Shown: positions 1 through 15,667, counted from the stretch's first letter. The stretch: 64,000 nt of DNA from Escherichia coli (GCF_030384885.1 NZ_CP128613.1); one strand, 5' to 3'. Numbers and translations are program-made. Notes: generated from the sequence alone by a model not told the origin.

Positions 1-1404
1 GTGTCACTTTCGCTTTGGCAGCAGTGTCTTGCCCGATTGCAGGATGAGTTACCAGCCACAGAATTCAGTATGTGGATACGCCCATTGCAGGCGGAACTGA
101 GCGATAACACGCTGGCCCTGTACGCGCCAAACCGTTTTGTCCTCGATTGGGTACGGGACAAGTACCTTAATAATATCAATGGACTGCTAACCAGTTTCTG
201 CGGAGCGGATGCCCCACAGCTGCGTTTTGAAGTCGGCACCAAACCGGTGACACAAACGCCACAAGCGGCAGTGACGAGCAACGTCGCGGCCCCAGCACAG
301 GTGGCGCATGCGCAGCCGCAACGTGTTGCGCCTTCTACGCGTTCCGGTTGGGATAACGTCCCGGCTCCGGCAGAACCGACCTATCGTTCTAACGTAAACG
401 TCAAACACACGTTTGATAACTTCGTTGAAGGTAAATCTAACCAACTGGCGCGCGCGGCGGCTCGTCAGGTGGCTGATAACCCTGGCGGTGCCTATAACCC
501 GTTGTTCCTTTATGGCGGCACGGGGCTGGGTAAAACTCACCTGCTGCATGCGGTGGGTAACGGCATTATGGCGCGTAAGCCGAATGCCAAAGTGGTTTAT
601 ATGCACTCCGAGCGCTTTGTTCAGGACATGGTTAAAGCCCTGCAAAACAACGCGATCGAAGAGTTTAAACGCTACTACCGTTCCGTAGATGCACTGCTGA
701 TCGACGATATTCAGTTTTTTGCTAATAAAGAACGATCTCAGGAAGAGTTTTTCCACACCTTTAACGCCCTGCTGGAAGGTAACCAGCAGATCATTCTCAC
801 CTCGGATCGCTATCCGAAAGAGATCAACGGCGTTGAGGATCGTCTGAAATCCCGCTTCGGTTGGGGACTGACTGTGGCGATCGAACCGCCAGAGTTAGAA
901 ACCCGCGTGGCGATCCTGATGAAAAAGGCCGACGAAAACGACATTCGTTTGCCGGGCGAAGTGGCGTTCTTTATCGCCAAGCGTCTACGCTCTAACGTAC
1001 GTGAGCTGGAAGGGGCGTTGAACCGCGTCATTGCTAACGCCAACTTTACCGGACGGGCGATCACCATCGACTTCGTGCGTGAGGCGCTGCGCGACTTGCT
1101 GGCATTGCAGGAAAAACTGGTCACCATCGACAATATTCAGAAGACGGTGGCAGAGTACTACAAGATCAAAGTTGCGGATCTCCTTTCCAAGCGTCGATCC
1201 CGCTCGGTGGCGCGTCCGCGCCAGATGGCGATGGCGCTGGCGAAAGAGTTGACTAACCACAGTCTGCCCGAGATTGGCGATGCGTTTGGTGGTCGTGACC
1301 ACACAACGGTGCTTCATGCTTGCCGGAAGATCGAGCAGTTGCGTGAAGAGAGCCACGATATCAAAGAAGATTTTTCAAATTTAATCAGAACATTGTCATC
1401 GTAA
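1..1404 (+). CDS. dnaA: chromosomal replication initiator DnaA, complete, GTG start at window position 1
   Basis: 467-aa ORF beginning [22 protein letters not shown] with Walker [14 protein letters not shown]; matches E. coli DnaA as remembered. Confidence 0.97.
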   Translation: MSLSLWQQCLARLQDELPATEFSMWIRPLQAELSDNTLALYAPNRFVLDWVRDKYLNNINGLLTSFCGADAPQLRFEVGTKPVTQTPQAAVTSNVAAPAQVAHAQPQRVAPSTRSGWDNVPAPAEPTYRSNVNVKHTFDNFVEGKSNQLARAAARQVADNPGGAYNPLFLYGGTGLGKTHLLHAVGNGIMARKPNAKVVYMHSERFVQDMVKALQNNAIEEFKRYYRSVDALLIDDIQFFANKERSQEEFFHTFNALLEGNQQIILTSDRYPKEINGVEDRLKSRFGWGLTVAIEPPELETRVAILMKKADENDIRLPGEVAFFIAKRLRSNVRELEGALNRVIANANFTGRAITIDFVREALRDLLALQEKLVTIDNIQKTVAEYYKIKVADLLSKRRSRSVARPRQMAMALAKELTNHSLPEIGDAFGGRDHTTVLHACRKIEQLREESHDIKEDFSNLIRTLSS

Positions 1405-1408
1405 ACCT

Positions 1409-2508
1409 ATGAAATTTACCGTAGAACGTGAGCATTTATTAAAACCGCTACAACAGGTGAGCGGTCCGTTAGGTGGTCGTCCTACGCTACCGATTCTCGG
1501 TAATCTGCTGTTACAGGTTGCTGACGGTACGTTGTCGCTGACCGGTACCGATCTCGAGATGGAAATGGTGGCACGTGTTGCGCTGGTTCAGCCGCACGAA
1601 CCAGGGGCGACGACCGTTCCGGCGCGCAAATTCTTTGATATCTGCCGTGGTCTGCCTGAAGGCGCGGAAATTGCCGTGCAACTGGAAGGTGAGCGGATGC
1701 TGGTGCGTTCCGGGCGTAGCCGTTTTTCGCTTTCCACCCTGCCAGCAGCAGATTTCCCGAACCTCGATGACTGGCAGAGCGAAGTCGAATTTACCCTGCC
1801 GCAGGCGACGATGAAGCGTCTGATTGAAGCGACTCAGTTTTCGATGGCGCATCAGGATGTTCGCTATTACTTAAACGGTATGCTGTTCGAAACCGAAGGT
1901 GAAGAACTGCGTACCGTGGCGACCGACGGTCACCGTCTGGCGGTCTGTTCCATGCCAATTGGTCAGTCTTTGCCAAGCCATTCGGTGATCGTGCCGCGTA
2001 AAGGCGTGATTGAACTGATGCGTATGCTCGACGGCGGCGACAATCCGCTGCGCGTGCAAATTGGCAGCAACAACATTCGCGCCCACGTCGGCGACTTTAT
2101 CTTCACTTCCAAACTGGTGGATGGTCGCTTCCCGGATTACCGCCGTGTTCTGCCAAAGAACCCGGACAAACATCTGGAAGCAGGCTGCGATCTGCTCAAG
2201 CAGGCGTTTGCTCGTGCGGCGATCCTCTCCAACGAGAAATTCCGCGGCGTGCGACTGTATGTCAGCGAAAATCAGCTGAAAATCACCGCCAATAACCCGG
2301 AACAGGAAGAAGCGGAAGAGATCCTCGACGTTACCTATAGCGGTGCGGAGATGGAAATTGGCTTCAACGTCAGCTATGTGCTGGATGTTCTGAACGCGCT
2401 GAAATGCGAAAACGTGCGCATGATGCTGACCGATTCGGTTTCCAGTGTGCAGATTGAAGATGCCGCATCACAGTCGGCTGCCTATGTTGTCATGCCAATG
2501 AGACTGTA

Positions 2509-2509
<1 letters not shown>
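1409..2509 (+). CDS. dnaN: DNA polymerase III beta sliding clamp
   Basis: 366-aa [24 protein letters not shown]... ending MPMRL; 4 nt after dnaA stop. Confidence 0.97.
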
Positions 2510-6025
<3,516 letters not shown>

Positions 6026-6046
6026 TGGCGTTAACAATGCGAGCGT

Positions 6047-6145
6047 GCATGATGCGCTACGCTTATCAGGCCTACGAGACTCCCGCAATATTTTGAATTT
6101 GCATGATTTTGTAGGCCGGATCAGACGTTAACGCCGCATTCGGCA
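6047..6145. repeat. pair of inverted REP (repetitive extragenic palindromic) elements downstream of gyrB
   Basis: tgcgctacgcttatcaggcctac and gtaggccggatcagacgttaacgccgcattcggca match the REP consensus. Confidence 0.5.
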
Positions 6146-6161
6146 AGAAGCTATAAGAAAA

Positions 6162-6190
6162 GGGCGGAGATCATCTCCGCCCTTTTTATT
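6162..6190 (+). terminator. rho-independent terminator after gyrB
   Basis: GC-rich hairpin gggcggagatcatctccgccc followed by ttttta. Confidence 0.55.
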
Positions 6191-6264
6191 TCTGCAATCC
6201 GCGATTATCATCCCGCAGATCTATACTTTTTGAGTCAACACGTAACGCTTTACAGGTGATTATC

Positions 6265-6663
6265 ATGGGGCTTTTTGATGAAGTTGTCGGCGCCTTTCTG
6301 AAAGGCGATGCGGGGAAATATCAGGCTATTTTGAGTTGGGTTGAGGAGCAGGGTGGCATTCAGGTGCTGTTGGAAAAACTGCAAAGTGGCGGCTTAGGTG
6401 CCATTCTCTCAACCTGGTTGAGTAATCAACAGGGCAATCAGCCGGTGAGCGGCGAGCAACTGGAGTCGGCGCTCGGCACAAATGCGGTGTCCGATCTCGG
6501 GCAAAAACTGGGTGTAGATGCCAGTACGGCTTCCAGCTTGCTGGCAGAGCAACTGCCAAAGATTATTGATGCTCTCTCACCGCAGGGTGAAGTGTCTTCG
6601 CAAACCAATAACGATCTGCTTTCCGCAGGCATGGAACTGCTGAAAGGGAAACTCTTCCGCTAA
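6265..6663 (+). CDS. yidB: DUF937 family protein YidB
   Basis: 132 aa from ATG at 6265 (MGLFDEVVGAFLKGDAGKYQ); ORF track starts 9 nt earlier at GTG. Confidence 0.9.
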   Translation: MGLFDEVVGAFLKGDAGKYQAILSWVEEQGGIQVLLEKLQSGGLGAILSTWLSNQQGNQPVSGEQLESALGTNAVSDLGQKLGVDASTASSLLAEQLPKIIDALSPQGEVSSQTNNDLLSAGMELLKGKLFR

Positions 6664-6777
6664 GCAAAAGGGGAGCATGCAACGCGCGTTGCATCCCCCT
6701 TTTCCCTCGGGTGTTGTACTGATTTTTGAGCGGAATCGCGTTAGCATGGGTCAGGAACCAATCTACCTGGGGAACTC

Positions 6778-7590
6778 ATGGCTATCAAACTCATTGCTAT
6801 CGATATGGATGGCACCCTTCTGCTGCCCGATCACACCATTTCACCCGCTGTTAAAAACGCGATTGCCGCAGCTCGCGCCCGTGGCGTGAATGTCGTGCTA
6901 ACGACGGGTCGCCCTTATGCAGGTGTTCACAACTACCTGAAAGAGCTGCATATGGAACAGCCGGGCGATTACTGCATTACTTATAACGGCGCGCTGGTAC
7001 AGAAGGCCGCCGATGGTAGCACCGTGGCGCAAACCGCTCTGAGCTATGAAGACTACCGTTTCCTGGAAAAACTCTCTCGCGAAGTCGGTTCTCATTTCCA
7101 CGCCCTGGACCGCACCACGCTGTACACCGCCAACCGTGATATCAGCTACTACACGGTGCATGAATCTTTCGTTGCCACTATTCCGCTGGTGTTCTGCGAA
7201 GCGGAGAAAATGGACCCCAATACTCAGTTCCTGAAAGTGATGATGATTGATGAACCCGCCATCCTCGACCAGGCTATCGCGCGTATTCCGCAGGAAGTGA
7301 AAGAAAAATACACTGTGCTGAAAAGTGCGCCGTACTTCCTCGAAATCCTCGATAAACGCGTTAACAAAGGTACAGGTGTGAAATCACTGGCCGATGTGCT
7401 GGGCATTAAGCCGGAAGAAATCATGGCGATTGGCGATCAGGAAAACGACATCGCAATGATTGAATATGCAGGTGTTGGTGTGGCAATGGATAACGCTATT
7501 CCTTCGGTGAAAGAAGTGGCGAACTTTGTCACCAAATCCAACCTGGAAGATGGCGTGGCGTTTGCTATTGAGAAGTATGTGCTGAATTAA
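6778..7590 (+). CDS. yidA: HAD-superfamily sugar phosphatase YidA
   Basis: 270 aa; HAD motif IAIDMDGTLL near N-terminus. Confidence 0.95.
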   Translation: MAIKLIAIDMDGTLLLPDHTISPAVKNAIAAARARGVNVVLTTGRPYAGVHNYLKELHMEQPGDYCITYNGALVQKAADGSTVAQTALSYEDYRFLEKLSREVGSHFHALDRTTLYTANRDISYYTVHESFVATIPLVFCEAEKMDPNTQFLKVMMIDEPAILDQAIARIPQEVKEKYTVLKSAPYFLEILDKRVNKGTGVKSLADVLGIKPEEIMAIGDQENDIAMIEYAGVGVAMDNAIPSVKEVANFVTKSNLEDGVAFAIEKYVLN

Positions 7591-7597
7591 TCAGTGG

Positions 7598-7628
7598 GCG
7601 GGCAAACTGCATAAATGCGTTTGCCCGC
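7598..7628. terminator. hairpin between convergent yidA and yidX, no clear U-tract
   Basis: inverted repeat gcgggcaaac ... gtttgcccgc. Confidence 0.35.
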
Positions 7629-7633
7629 AGCGA

Positions 7634-8290
7634 TTAACAATTTCTGGTCGTGCATAAAATCAGGAACTGGAGTGGTGATGTTACTATATCCAGCGTAAGA
7701 GTGACTGGTAGCAGCGCATTAGCGAGGCCGCGCGGAACGCCATCAGTTGCTTTGTACTTATAAAATCCCACCGTAAAGGGTTGATGGAAAACCATCACGT
7801 TTGAGTAATCCGCTTTTTTATTTTTCAGGTGGATAGAGCCTTTCAGGCCGTCAAGTGCCCAGGTACAACGCTGGGTATTACAAATAAAACCATATTGTGT
7901 CGCCAGTGCTTTATCTTCCTCATTATCCCAGTCGTAATAGAGCGTTATTAAACCAGAAAAATTAGTATCACTGCTGCTTAAAATAAATTTCGCGTTATCG
8001 GAAACGGTGATTCTTTCGCCATGAATTGCCGGATCGTTCAGCATTTTAACCACCTCGCCGCCGCCCGTGGTCAACAGATAGTCCAACGATTCACCAACAA
8101 AAACATAGCCTTTCGTACCGTTACTATCCTCTGCCAGCGATAACCCCTTAATCGAGTCTGACCGCCATTGCTCGGCATGTGGAGGACTTGCGGTATTGGA
8201 AACCAACCCCCAAGTGAGACAACCGGTCAACGCAAATGCCAAAGAACACAAACCGGCAGCCTTAAAAAATCCCTTAAAATTCAACTTCAT
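7634..8290 (-). CDS. yidX: predicted lipoprotein YidX
   Basis: 218 aa from internal Met [24 protein letters not shown] (lipobox LTGC); the longer ORF-track N-terminus is rejected. Confidence 0.85.
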   Translation of the reverse strand: MKLNFKGFFKAAGLCSLAFALTGCLTWGLVSNTASPPHAEQWRSDSIKGLSLAEDSNGTKGYVFVGESLDYLLTTGGGEVVKMLNDPAIHGERITVSDNAKFILSSSDTNFSGLITLYYDWDNEEDKALATQYGFICNTQRCTWALDGLKGSIHLKNKKADYSNVMVFHQPFTVGFYKYKATDGVPRGLANALLPVTLTLDIVTSPLQFLILCTTRNC

Positions 8291-8427
8291 GACTAATCCT
8301 TTAAACGAGTAGCTAAGCCGTTGAAAGCATACTCTTCTTTCCCTCCTGTTTAGCGCCTGATATCCCTTTTCAGATTTCTGCCCGACGCATGTCATTTTTT
8401 TATGCATTGTTCTTTTTGTGATCTAAA

Positions 8428-8503
8428 TTGTAGTACAACAATATAACTTTGTACTACATTACGCATACAGCAAACGCGAACGTCATCACGCTGGTACTAC
8501 AAA
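8428..8503. promoter_or_regulatory. three copies of a T(T/G)GTA(G/C)TACAA motif upstream of dgoR, candidate DgoR (GntR/FadR family) operators in the dgo promoter region
   Basis: ttgtagtacaa at 8428-8438, tttgtactaca at 8448-8458, tggtactacaa at 8493-8503; partially palindromic. Confidence 0.5.
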
Positions 8504-8567
8504 ATTGCCGCGTTATGCATCGATCGGGGTAAAGTAGAGAAGTACATACAGAGCACAAGGACTCTCC

Positions 8568-9257
8568 ATGACTCTCAATAAAACCGATCGCATCGTCATT
8601 ACGCTGGGCAAACAGATCGTTCACGGCAAATACGTGCCAGGCTCGCCGCTTCCGGCCGAGGCGGAACTTTGTGAGGAGTTTGCAACCTCGCGCAACATCA
8701 TCCGTGAGGTGTTTCGTTCGCTGATGGCGAAGCGGCTGATTGAAATGAAACGTTATCGCGGGGCGTTTGTGGCACCGCGTAACCAGTGGAATTACCTCGA
8801 CACTGACGTACTGCAATGGGTGCTGGAAAACGACTACGACCCACGGCTTATCAGTGCAATGAGCGAAGTGCGAAATCTGGTGGAACCGGCGATTGCCCGT
8901 TGGGCGGCAGAGCGCGCGACTTCCAGCGATCTGGCGCAGATTGAATCAGCGCTGAACGAGATGATCGCCAACAATCAGGACCGCGAAGCGTTTAACGAAG
9001 CGGATATTCGCTATCACGAGGCGGTACTGCAATCAGTGCATAACCCGGTGTTACAGCAACTTAGCATTGCGATTAGTTCATTACAGCGGGCGGTTTTTGA
9101 ACGAACCTGGATGGGCGATGAGGCCAACATGCCGCAAACGCTCCAGGAACATAAGGCGCTGTTTGATGCGATACGGCATCAGGACGGCGATGCGGCAGAG
9201 CAGGCGGCGCTTACCATGATCGCCAGCTCGACACGAAGGTTAAAGGAAATCACATGA
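8568..9257 (+). CDS. dgoR: D-galactonate operon repressor, GntR/FadR family
   Basis: 229 aa; N-terminal winged HTH followed by FCD-type domain. Confidence 0.95.
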   Translation: MTLNKTDRIVITLGKQIVHGKYVPGSPLPAEAELCEEFATSRNIIREVFRSLMAKRLIEMKRYRGAFVAPRNQWNYLDTDVLQWVLENDYDPRLISAMSEVRNLVEPAIARWAAERATSSDLAQIESALNEMIANNQDREAFNEADIRYHEAVLQSVHNPVLQQLSIAISSLQRAVFERTWMGDEANMPQTLQEHKALFDAIRHQDGDAAEQAALTMIASSTRRLKEIT

Positions 9258-10132
9258 CAGCTCGCTACATCGCAATTGACTGGGGATCGACCAATCTGCG
9301 CGCCTGGCTTTATCAGGGCGACCACTGCCTGGACAGCAGGCAATCAGAAGCAGGCGTCACGCGTCTGAACGGAAAATCTCCGGCTGCGGTGCTAGCGGAA
9401 GTGACGACCGACTGGCGTGAAGAGAATACGCCAGTGGTGATGGCAGGAATGGTCGGCAGCAATGTCGGCTGGAAAGTTGCACCGTATTTATCTGTTCCTG
9501 CCCGTTTTTCATCTATTGGCGAACAATTAACGTCTGTTGGCGACAATATCTGGATTATTCCCGGATTATGCGTTTCTCATGATGATAACCACAATGTGAT
9601 GCGCGGCGAAGAAACACAATTGATCGGTGCGCGTGCTCTGGCTCCTTCCTCTCTTTATGTCATGCCCGGTACGCATTGCAAATGGGTGCAGGCCGATAGC
9701 CAGCAAATCAACGATTTTCGCACCGTAATGACCGGTGAGTTACATCATTTACTGTTAAATCACTCATTGATTGGCGCAGGTTTACCGCAGCAGGAAAACT
9801 CTGCCGATGCCTTCGCGGCTGGCCTTGAGCGCGGCCTTAATGCGCCCGCAATATTGCCGCAGCTTTTTGAAGTTCGTGCTTCGCATGTGCTGGGAACACT
9901 TCCCCGTGAACAGGTCAGCGAATTTCTCTCTGGATTGTTGATTGGCGCAGAGGTCGCCAGTATGCGCGACTACGTGGCCCATCAACACGTCATCACCCTT
10001 GTCGCCGGAACATCGCTGACTGCACGCTACCAGCAAGCCTTTCAGGCGATGGGTTGCGACGTGACGGCGGTGGCGGGCGACACGGCATTTCAGGCTGGTA
10101 TAAGGAGCATCGCTCATGCAGTGGCAAACTAA
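9254..10132 (+). CDS. dgoK: 2-dehydro-3-deoxygalactonokinase
   Basis: 292 aa; overlaps dgoR stop (ATGA); operon context. Confidence 0.95.
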   Translation: MTARYIAIDWGSTNLRAWLYQGDHCLDSRQSEAGVTRLNGKSPAAVLAEVTTDWREENTPVVMAGMVGSNVGWKVAPYLSVPARFSSIGEQLTSVGDNIWIIPGLCVSHDDNHNVMRGEETQLIGARALAPSSLYVMPGTHCKWVQADSQQINDFRTVMTGELHHLLLNHSLIGAGLPQQENSADAFAAGLERGLNAPAILPQLFEVRASHVLGTLPREQVSEFLSGLLIGAEVASMRDYVAHQHVITLVAGTSLTARYQQAFQAMGCDVTAVAGDTAFQAGIRSIAHAVAN

Positions 10133-10733
10133 ACTCCCGCTGATCGCCATTTTGCGCGGCATTACGCCCGACGAGGCGCTGGCGCATGTTGGCGCGGTGA
10201 TTGACGCTGGGTTCGACGCGATAGAAATCCCGCTGAACTCTCCACTATGGGAACAAAGCATTCCCGCCATCGTTGATGCGTATGGCGACAAAGCGTTGAT
10301 TGGCGCAGGTACGGTACTGAAACCTGAACAGGTCGATGCGCTCGCCAGGATGGGCTGTCAGCTCATCGTTACGCCCAATATCCATAGTGAAGTGATCCGC
10401 CGCGCGGTGGGCTATGGCATGACCGTTTGCCCCGGCTGCGCGACGGCGACAGAAGCCTTTACCGCGATCGACGCGGGCGCTCAGGCGCTGAAAATATTCC
10501 CGTCATCGGCTTTTGGGCCGCAATACATCAAAGCGTTAAAAGCGGTATTACCGCAGGACATCCCGGTCTTTGCCGTAGGCGGTGTGACGCCAGAAAACCT
10601 GGCGCAGTGGATAGACGCAGGTTGTGCAGGGGCGGGCTTAGGCAGCGATCTCTATCGCGCCGGGCAGTCCGTAGAACGCACCGCGCAGCAGGCAGCAGCA
10701 TTTGTTAAGGCGTATCGAGAGGCAGTGCAATGA
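10116..10733 (+). CDS. dgoA: 2-dehydro-3-deoxy-6-phosphogalactonate aldolase
   Basis: 205 aa; KDPG-aldolase-like sequence; overlaps dgoK end. Confidence 0.95.
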   Translation: MQWQTKLPLIAILRGITPDEALAHVGAVIDAGFDAIEIPLNSPLWEQSIPAIVDAYGDKALIGAGTVLKPEQVDALARMGCQLIVTPNIHSEVIRRAVGYGMTVCPGCATATEAFTAIDAGAQALKIFPSSAFGPQYIKALKAVLPQDIPVFAVGGVTPENLAQWIDAGCAGAGLGSDLYRAGQSVERTAQQAAAFVKAYREAVQ

Positions 10734-11878
10734 AAATCACCAACATTACTACGTATCGTTTACCTCCCCGCTGGATGTTCCTGAAAATTGAAACTGATGA
10801 AGGCGTGGTCGGTTGGGGCGAGCCCGTGATCGAAGGCCGCGCCCGCACGGTGGAAGCGGCAGTTCACGAGCTGGGTGACTATTTGATTGGTCAGGATCCA
10901 TCGCGCATCAATGACTTATGGCAAGTGATGTATCGCGCCGGATTTTATCGTGGCGGTCCGATTCTGATGAGCGCCATCGCCGGGATCGACCAGGCGTTAT
11001 GGGATATCAAAGGTAAAGTGCTGAATGCGCCGGTCTGGCAACTGATGGGTGGCCTGGTTCGCGACAAAATTAAAGCCTACAGTTGGGTCGGCGGCGATCG
11101 TCCGGCGGATGTTATCGACGGCATTAAAACGCTACGCGAAATCGGCTTCGATACCTTCAAACTGAACGGTTGTGAAGAGCTGGGATTGATTGATAACTCC
11201 CGCGCGGTAGATGCGGCGGTCAACACCGTGGCACAAATTCGTGAAGCTTTTGGCAATCAGATTGAGTTTGGTCTTGATTTCCACGGTCGCGTCAGCGCGC
11301 CGATGGCGAAAGTGCTGATTAAAGAACTGGAACCGTATCGCCCTCTGTTTATTGAAGAACCGGTGCTGGCGGAACAAGCCGAATACTACCCGAAACTGGC
11401 GGCACAAACGCATATTCCACTGGCGGCGGGTGAGCGCATGTTCTCACGCTTCGATTTTAAACGCGTGCTGGAAGCTGGCGGTATTTCGATTCTGCAACCG
11501 GATCTCTCCCACGCAGGCGGTATTACCGAATGCTACAAAATTGCCGGAATGGCGGAAGCCTATGACGTGACCCTTGCGCCGCACTGTCCGCTCGGCCCGA
11601 TTGCACTGGCGGCTTGCCTGCATATCGACTTTGTTTCCTATAACGCGGTACTTCAGGAACAAAGTATGGGCATTCATTACAACAAAGGCGCGGAGTTACT
11701 CGACTTTGTGAAAAATAAAGAAGACTTCAGCATGGTCGGCGGCTTCTTTAAACCATTAACGAAACCGGGCTTAGGCGTGGAAATCGACGAAACCAAAGTC
11801 ATTGAGTTCAGTAAAAATGCCCCGGACTGGCGTAATCCGCTCTGGCGTCATGAAGATAACAGCGTAGCAGAGTGGTAA
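10730..11878 (+). CDS. dgoD: D-galactonate dehydratase (enolase superfamily)
   Basis: 382 aa [32 protein letters not shown]. Confidence 0.95.
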   Translation: MKITNITTYRLPPRWMFLKIETDEGVVGWGEPVIEGRARTVEAAVHELGDYLIGQDPSRINDLWQVMYRAGFYRGGPILMSAIAGIDQALWDIKGKVLNAPVWQLMGGLVRDKIKAYSWVGGDRPADVIDGIKTLREIGFDTFKLNGCEELGLIDNSRAVDAAVNTVAQIREAFGNQIEFGLDFHGRVSAPMAKVLIKELEPYRPLFIEEPVLAEQAEYYPKLAAQTHIPLAAGERMFSRFDFKRVLEAGGISILQPDLSHAGGITECYKIAGMAEAYDVTLAPHCPLGPIALAACLHIDFVSYNAVLQEQSMGIHYNKGAELLDFVKNKEDFSMVGGFFKPLTKPGLGVEIDETKVIEFSKNAPDWRNPLWRHEDNSVAEW

Positions 11879-11997
11879 TTCCTGCCACGTAAGCCCCTCA
11901 TCGGGCACTAAAACAGCAATACAAAAATATAACCCTCTGTACATTACAGGGCATGGTGAGCGGCTTCGCTATGCCCAAAATCTGGAGAAAGCTCGCT

Positions 11998-13290
11998 ATG
12001 GATATTCCCGTTAATGCAGCAAAACCGGGGCGTCGGCGTTATCTGACGCTGGTGATGATCTTTATTACGGTGGTCATTTGTTATGTTGACCGCGCTAACC
12101 TGGCCGTGGCTTCCGCCCATATTCAGGAAGAGTTCGGCATTACCAAAGCGCAAATGGGCTATGTATTTTCGGCCTTCGCCTGGCTTTATACCTTATGTCA
12201 GATCCCCGGCGGTTGGTTTTTAGATCGCGTAGGTTCTCGCGTGACTTATTTTATTGCGATATTTGGCTGGTCAGTGGCGACGTTATTCCAGGGCTTTGCC
12301 ACGGGCTTAATGTCATTAATTGGTCTGCGTGCGATAACCGGTATTTTCGAAGCGCCCGCGTTCCCGACCAATAACCGGATGGTGACCAGCTGGTTCCCGG
12401 AACATGAACGCGCTTCTGCCGTGGGTTTTTATACGTCTGGTCAGTTTGTCGGTCTGGCGTTTCTGACTCCGCTGCTGATCTGGATTCAGGAAATGTTGAG
12501 CTGGCACTGGGTGTTCATTGTCACCGGCGGTATCGGCATTATCTGGTCGCTGATTTGGTTTAAGGTTTATCAGCCGCCGCGCCTGACCAAAGGCATTAGC
12601 AAAGCTGAACTGGATTACATTCGTGACGGCGGCGGTCTGGTGGATGGCGATGCGCCAGTGAAAAAAGAGGCGCGTCAGCCGCTAACCGCCAAAGACTGGA
12701 AACTGGTGTTCCATCGTAAACTGATCGGCGTCTATCTTGGGCAATTTGCGGTGGCTTCTACACTGTGGTTCTTCTTAACCTGGTTCCCGAACTATTTAAC
12801 CCAGGAAAAAGGAATCACAGCGCTGAAAGCGGGCTTTATGACCACGGTGCCATTCCTTGCGGCGTTTGTTGGCGTCCTGCTCTCAGGCTGGGTCGCGGAT
12901 CTGCTGGTACGTAAGGGCTTTTCACTGGGCTTTGCGCGTAAAACGCCGATTATCTGCGGTTTGCTGATCTCCACCTGCATTATGGGTGCTAACTACACCA
13001 ACGATCCGATGATGATTATGTGCCTGATGGCGCTGGCATTCTTCGGCAACGGTTTTGCTTCGATTACCTGGTCGTTAGTCTCTTCTCTGGCACCGATGCG
13101 GCTGATTGGTTTAACCGGTGGCGTGTTTAACTTCGCCGGTGGTCTGGGCGGCATCACCGTTCCGCTGGTGGTGGGGTACCTGGCGCAGGGTTACGGTTTC
13201 GCGCCTGCACTGGTTTATATCTCCGCCGTCGCGTTGATTGGCGCGCTCTCTTACATCCTGCTGGTGGGCGATGTGAAGCGCGTTGGATAA
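11998..13290 (+). CDS. dgoT: D-galactonate transporter, MFS
   Basis: 430 aa from ATG at 11998 ([22 protein letters not shown]); 12-TM-like hydrophobic profile. Confidence 0.9.
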   Translation: MDIPVNAAKPGRRRYLTLVMIFITVVICYVDRANLAVASAHIQEEFGITKAQMGYVFSAFAWLYTLCQIPGGWFLDRVGSRVTYFIAIFGWSVATLFQGFATGLMSLIGLRAITGIFEAPAFPTNNRMVTSWFPEHERASAVGFYTSGQFVGLAFLTPLLIWIQEMLSWHWVFIVTGGIGIIWSLIWFKVYQPPRLTKGISKAELDYIRDGGGLVDGDAPVKKEARQPLTAKDWKLVFHRKLIGVYLGQFAVASTLWFFLTWFPNYLTQEKGITALKAGFMTTVPFLAAFVGVLLSGWVADLLVRKGFSLGFARKTPIICGLLISTCIMGANYTNDPMMIMCLMALAFFGNGFASITWSLVSSLAPMRLIGLTGGVFNFAGGLGGITVPLVVGYLAQGYGFAPALVYISAVALIGALSYILLVGDVKRVG

Positions 13291-14351
13291 TCTTTAAACT
13301 GTGGAATATGCGCCACACCACTGCGCATAATCCATTTTCTTAAAGCCGGTGCGGTCAGGCATCGGCTTTTTACTATTTTGCCGAAGAGTTTTAAACGCAG
13401 TTTGCGGGTGGCGCGCCAGTAAGCGGCGTTGCTCTTCTCCGGCTGCTTCAGTAACACCGAACGCAGAATCTCTGCACTATCCAGCGCATAGCTAATCCCC
13501 TCCAGCGAGCTGGCGCTGATAAATCCCGCCGCTTCACCAATCAGAAAGGCGTTGTCCTTACCGCAGACAAAATCCTGCCAGCGTGAGGGAAACAGCACCG
13601 TGCATTTTTCGCTTTTTACCGCCTTACCAAACTGAAACTGAAAGGCGCTCATTTTCTCTTTTAGCGCCGTGAAGCGCGCCTGGCCGTCTTTCATTGGATA
13701 GGCACCGCCAAAGATAAAATAACCGTCTTTGCTGATACTCCATGAATAACAGTCAGTTATCGCATTATCAAAGATGCAGGAGTAGAACGGCACCGGATGT
13801 TTCTCTGCGAACCACTGCTGGATAGCAACATATTTACGAATCTGATGATCCGGGTAGAGATGTCGCCGCACCATCGAGTTTGCACCATCGGCACCGACCA
13901 GATAGCGGGCGGTAATGTGTTGCTCCCAGCCGTCTGCGCGAAAAATGACATGCCATTTATCATCCTCATGCCAGATTTTCCGGCACAGGCTGTCGTGGTA
14001 AACCTCAACGCTGGTGGGAATGAGCGATTTCATCCATAAGTCGAAAGCATGGCGATTAATATTGATATAGCTTCGCTGGTAGTTACGTGTAAGCGATGCG
14101 GCGACGTCGACGGTTTTGACGCTGAAAATCTGCGGGTTGGCGATCACATCGACAGGAAGCGTCAGTCCATCGCGAATAAAAGAACGCTGCGCGTCCGGTG
14201 CCAGCAGACCGCCACAAGGCTTGCTGAAACCTTCAGTACCATGCTGGTGCTTTTTATCCAGCGCGATCACCTGCATTTTGCTGGCTAACTTTCGCGCCAA
14301 CGCCGAACCTGCCGGGCCGAGGCCAATAATCGCCACGTCGAAATGTTCCAT
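13251..14351 (-). CDS. cbrA: FAD-dependent oxidoreductase CbrA (colicin E2 tolerance)
   Basis: starts [22 protein letters not shown] (GxGxxG FAD fold); 3' end overlaps the dgoT 3' end by 40 nt on the opposite strand. Confidence 0.85.
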   Translation of the reverse strand: MEHFDVAIIGLGPAGSALARKLASKMQVIALDKKHQHGTEGFSKPCGGLLAPDAQRSFIRDGLTLPVDVIANPQIFSVKTVDVAASLTRNYQRSYININRHAFDLWMKSLIPTSVEVYHDSLCRKIWHEDDKWHVIFRADGWEQHITARYLVGADGANSMVRRHLYPDHQIRKYVAIQQWFAEKHPVPFYSCIFDNAITDCYSWSISKDGYFIFGGAYPMKDGQARFTALKEKMSAFQFQFGKAVKSEKCTVLFPSRWQDFVCGKDNAFLIGEAAGFISASSLEGISYALDSAEILRSVLLKQPEKSNAAYWRATRKLRLKLFGKIVKSRCLTAPALRKWIMRSGVAHIPQFKDYPTRFTSPTSRM

Positions 14352-14415
14352 CTTTTCACTCACATTCATTACGATGGCAAAAGACTATTGTCTGAAAGTG
14401 AAGTCCTTGTGAAGT

Positions 14416-15666
14416 ATGATGGCGGGAACCGTTTTGTATCAGGACCGCGCCATGAAACAGATAACCTTTGCTCCCCGTAATCACCTGCTCACCAATACCA
14501 ACACCTGGACGCCCGACAGCCAGTGGCTGGTATTTGACGTGCGTCCTTCTGGGGCGTCGTTTACCGGTGAGACCATTGAGCGCGTGAATATTCATACCGG
14601 TGAGGTCGAGGTTATCTACCGTGCGTCACAGGGCGCACACGTCGGCGTGGTGACCGTTCATCCGAAGTCAGAGAAATATGTCTTTATTCACGGCCCTGAA
14701 AATCCTGATGAAACATGGCATTACGACTTCCATCATCGACGCGGCGTGATTGCTGAAAGCGGCAAGGTGAGCAATCTCGATGCAATGGATATTACCGCGC
14801 CGTATACGCCAGGAGCGCTGCGTGGCGGCAGCCATGTACATGTCTTTAGCCCGAACGGTGAAATGGTGAGCTTTACCTATAACGACCATGTAATGCATGA
14901 ACGCGATCCGGCGCTGGATTTGCGAAATGTCGGTGTTGCTGCACCGTTTGGCCCGGTCAACGTACAAAAGCAGCATCCGCGTGAATACAGCGGTAGCCAC
15001 TGGTGCGTACTGGTGAGTAAAACAACGCCCACGCCGCAGCCTGGCAGTAATGAAATCAATCGTGCTTATGAAGAAGGATGGGTAGGAAATCACGCGCTGG
15101 CGTTTATTGGCGACACACTTTCGCCAAAGGGCGAGAAAGTGCCGGAGCTGTTTATCGTTGAGTTACCGCAAGATGAAGCTGGCTGGAAAGCGGCAGGTGA
15201 TGCGCCGTTAAGTGGAACGGAAACAACCCTGCCCGCGCCACCGCGTGGCGTCGTGCAGCGACGTTTAACTTTTACCCATCATCGGGCTTATCCGGGATTA
15301 GTCAACGTTCCGCGCCACTGGGTGCGCTGTAATCCGCAGGGGACGCAAATCGCGTTTTTAATGCGTGATGATAACGGCATTGTGCAACTGTGGCTTATCT
15401 CACCACAGGGCGGCGAGCCGCGACAGTTAACTCATAACAAAACGGATATTCAGTCTGCATTTAACTGGCACCCTTCCGGGGAATGGCTGGGCTTTGTGCT
15501 GGATAATCGAATTGCTTGCGTCGATGCGCAAAGCGGCGAGGTTGAGTATTTAACCGAAAACCACGCCAATCCCCCTTCTGCGGACGCCGTGGTCTTCTCG
15601 CCGGATGGTCAATGGCTGGCGTGGATGGAAGGTGGCCAGCTGTGGATCACCGAAACTGATCGCTAA
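14416..15666 (+). CDS. yidR: YidR, DUF3748 family protein
   Basis: 416-aa ORF; start could be a downstream Met (MKQITFAPRN). Confidence 0.85.
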   Translation: MMAGTVLYQDRAMKQITFAPRNHLLTNTNTWTPDSQWLVFDVRPSGASFTGETIERVNIHTGEVEVIYRASQGAHVGVVTVHPKSEKYVFIHGPENPDETWHYDFHHRRGVIAESGKVSNLDAMDITAPYTPGALRGGSHVHVFSPNGEMVSFTYNDHVMHERDPALDLRNVGVAAPFGPVNVQKQHPREYSGSHWCVLVSKTTPTPQPGSNEINRAYEEGWVGNHALAFIGDTLSPKGEKVPELFIVELPQDEAGWKAAGDAPLSGTETTLPAPPRGVVQRRLTFTHHRAYPGLVNVPRHWVRCNPQGTQIAFLMRDDNGIVQLWLISPQGGEPRQLTHNKTDIQSAFNWHPSGEWLGFVLDNRIACVDAQSGEVEYLTENHANPPSADAVVFSPDGQWLAWMEGGQLWITETDR

Positions 15667-15667
15667 A

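Noticed and set aside
187-756. 189-aa minus-strand ORF and a 91-aa plus-strand ORF inside dnaA
   Set aside because: Shadow ORFs within a well-supported, GC-rich essential gene; no RBS context and Arg-rich translation typical of out-of-frame reading.
7634-8407. Longer N-terminal extensions proposed by the ORF track for yidX, yidP, yidQ, yidI, yidL, cbrA, dgoT, yidE, yicJ, yicH, xanP, uhpA
   Set aside because: Internal Met codons give proteins starting with recognisable signal peptides or conserved N-termini; the extensions are upstream in-frame read-through of intergenic sequence.
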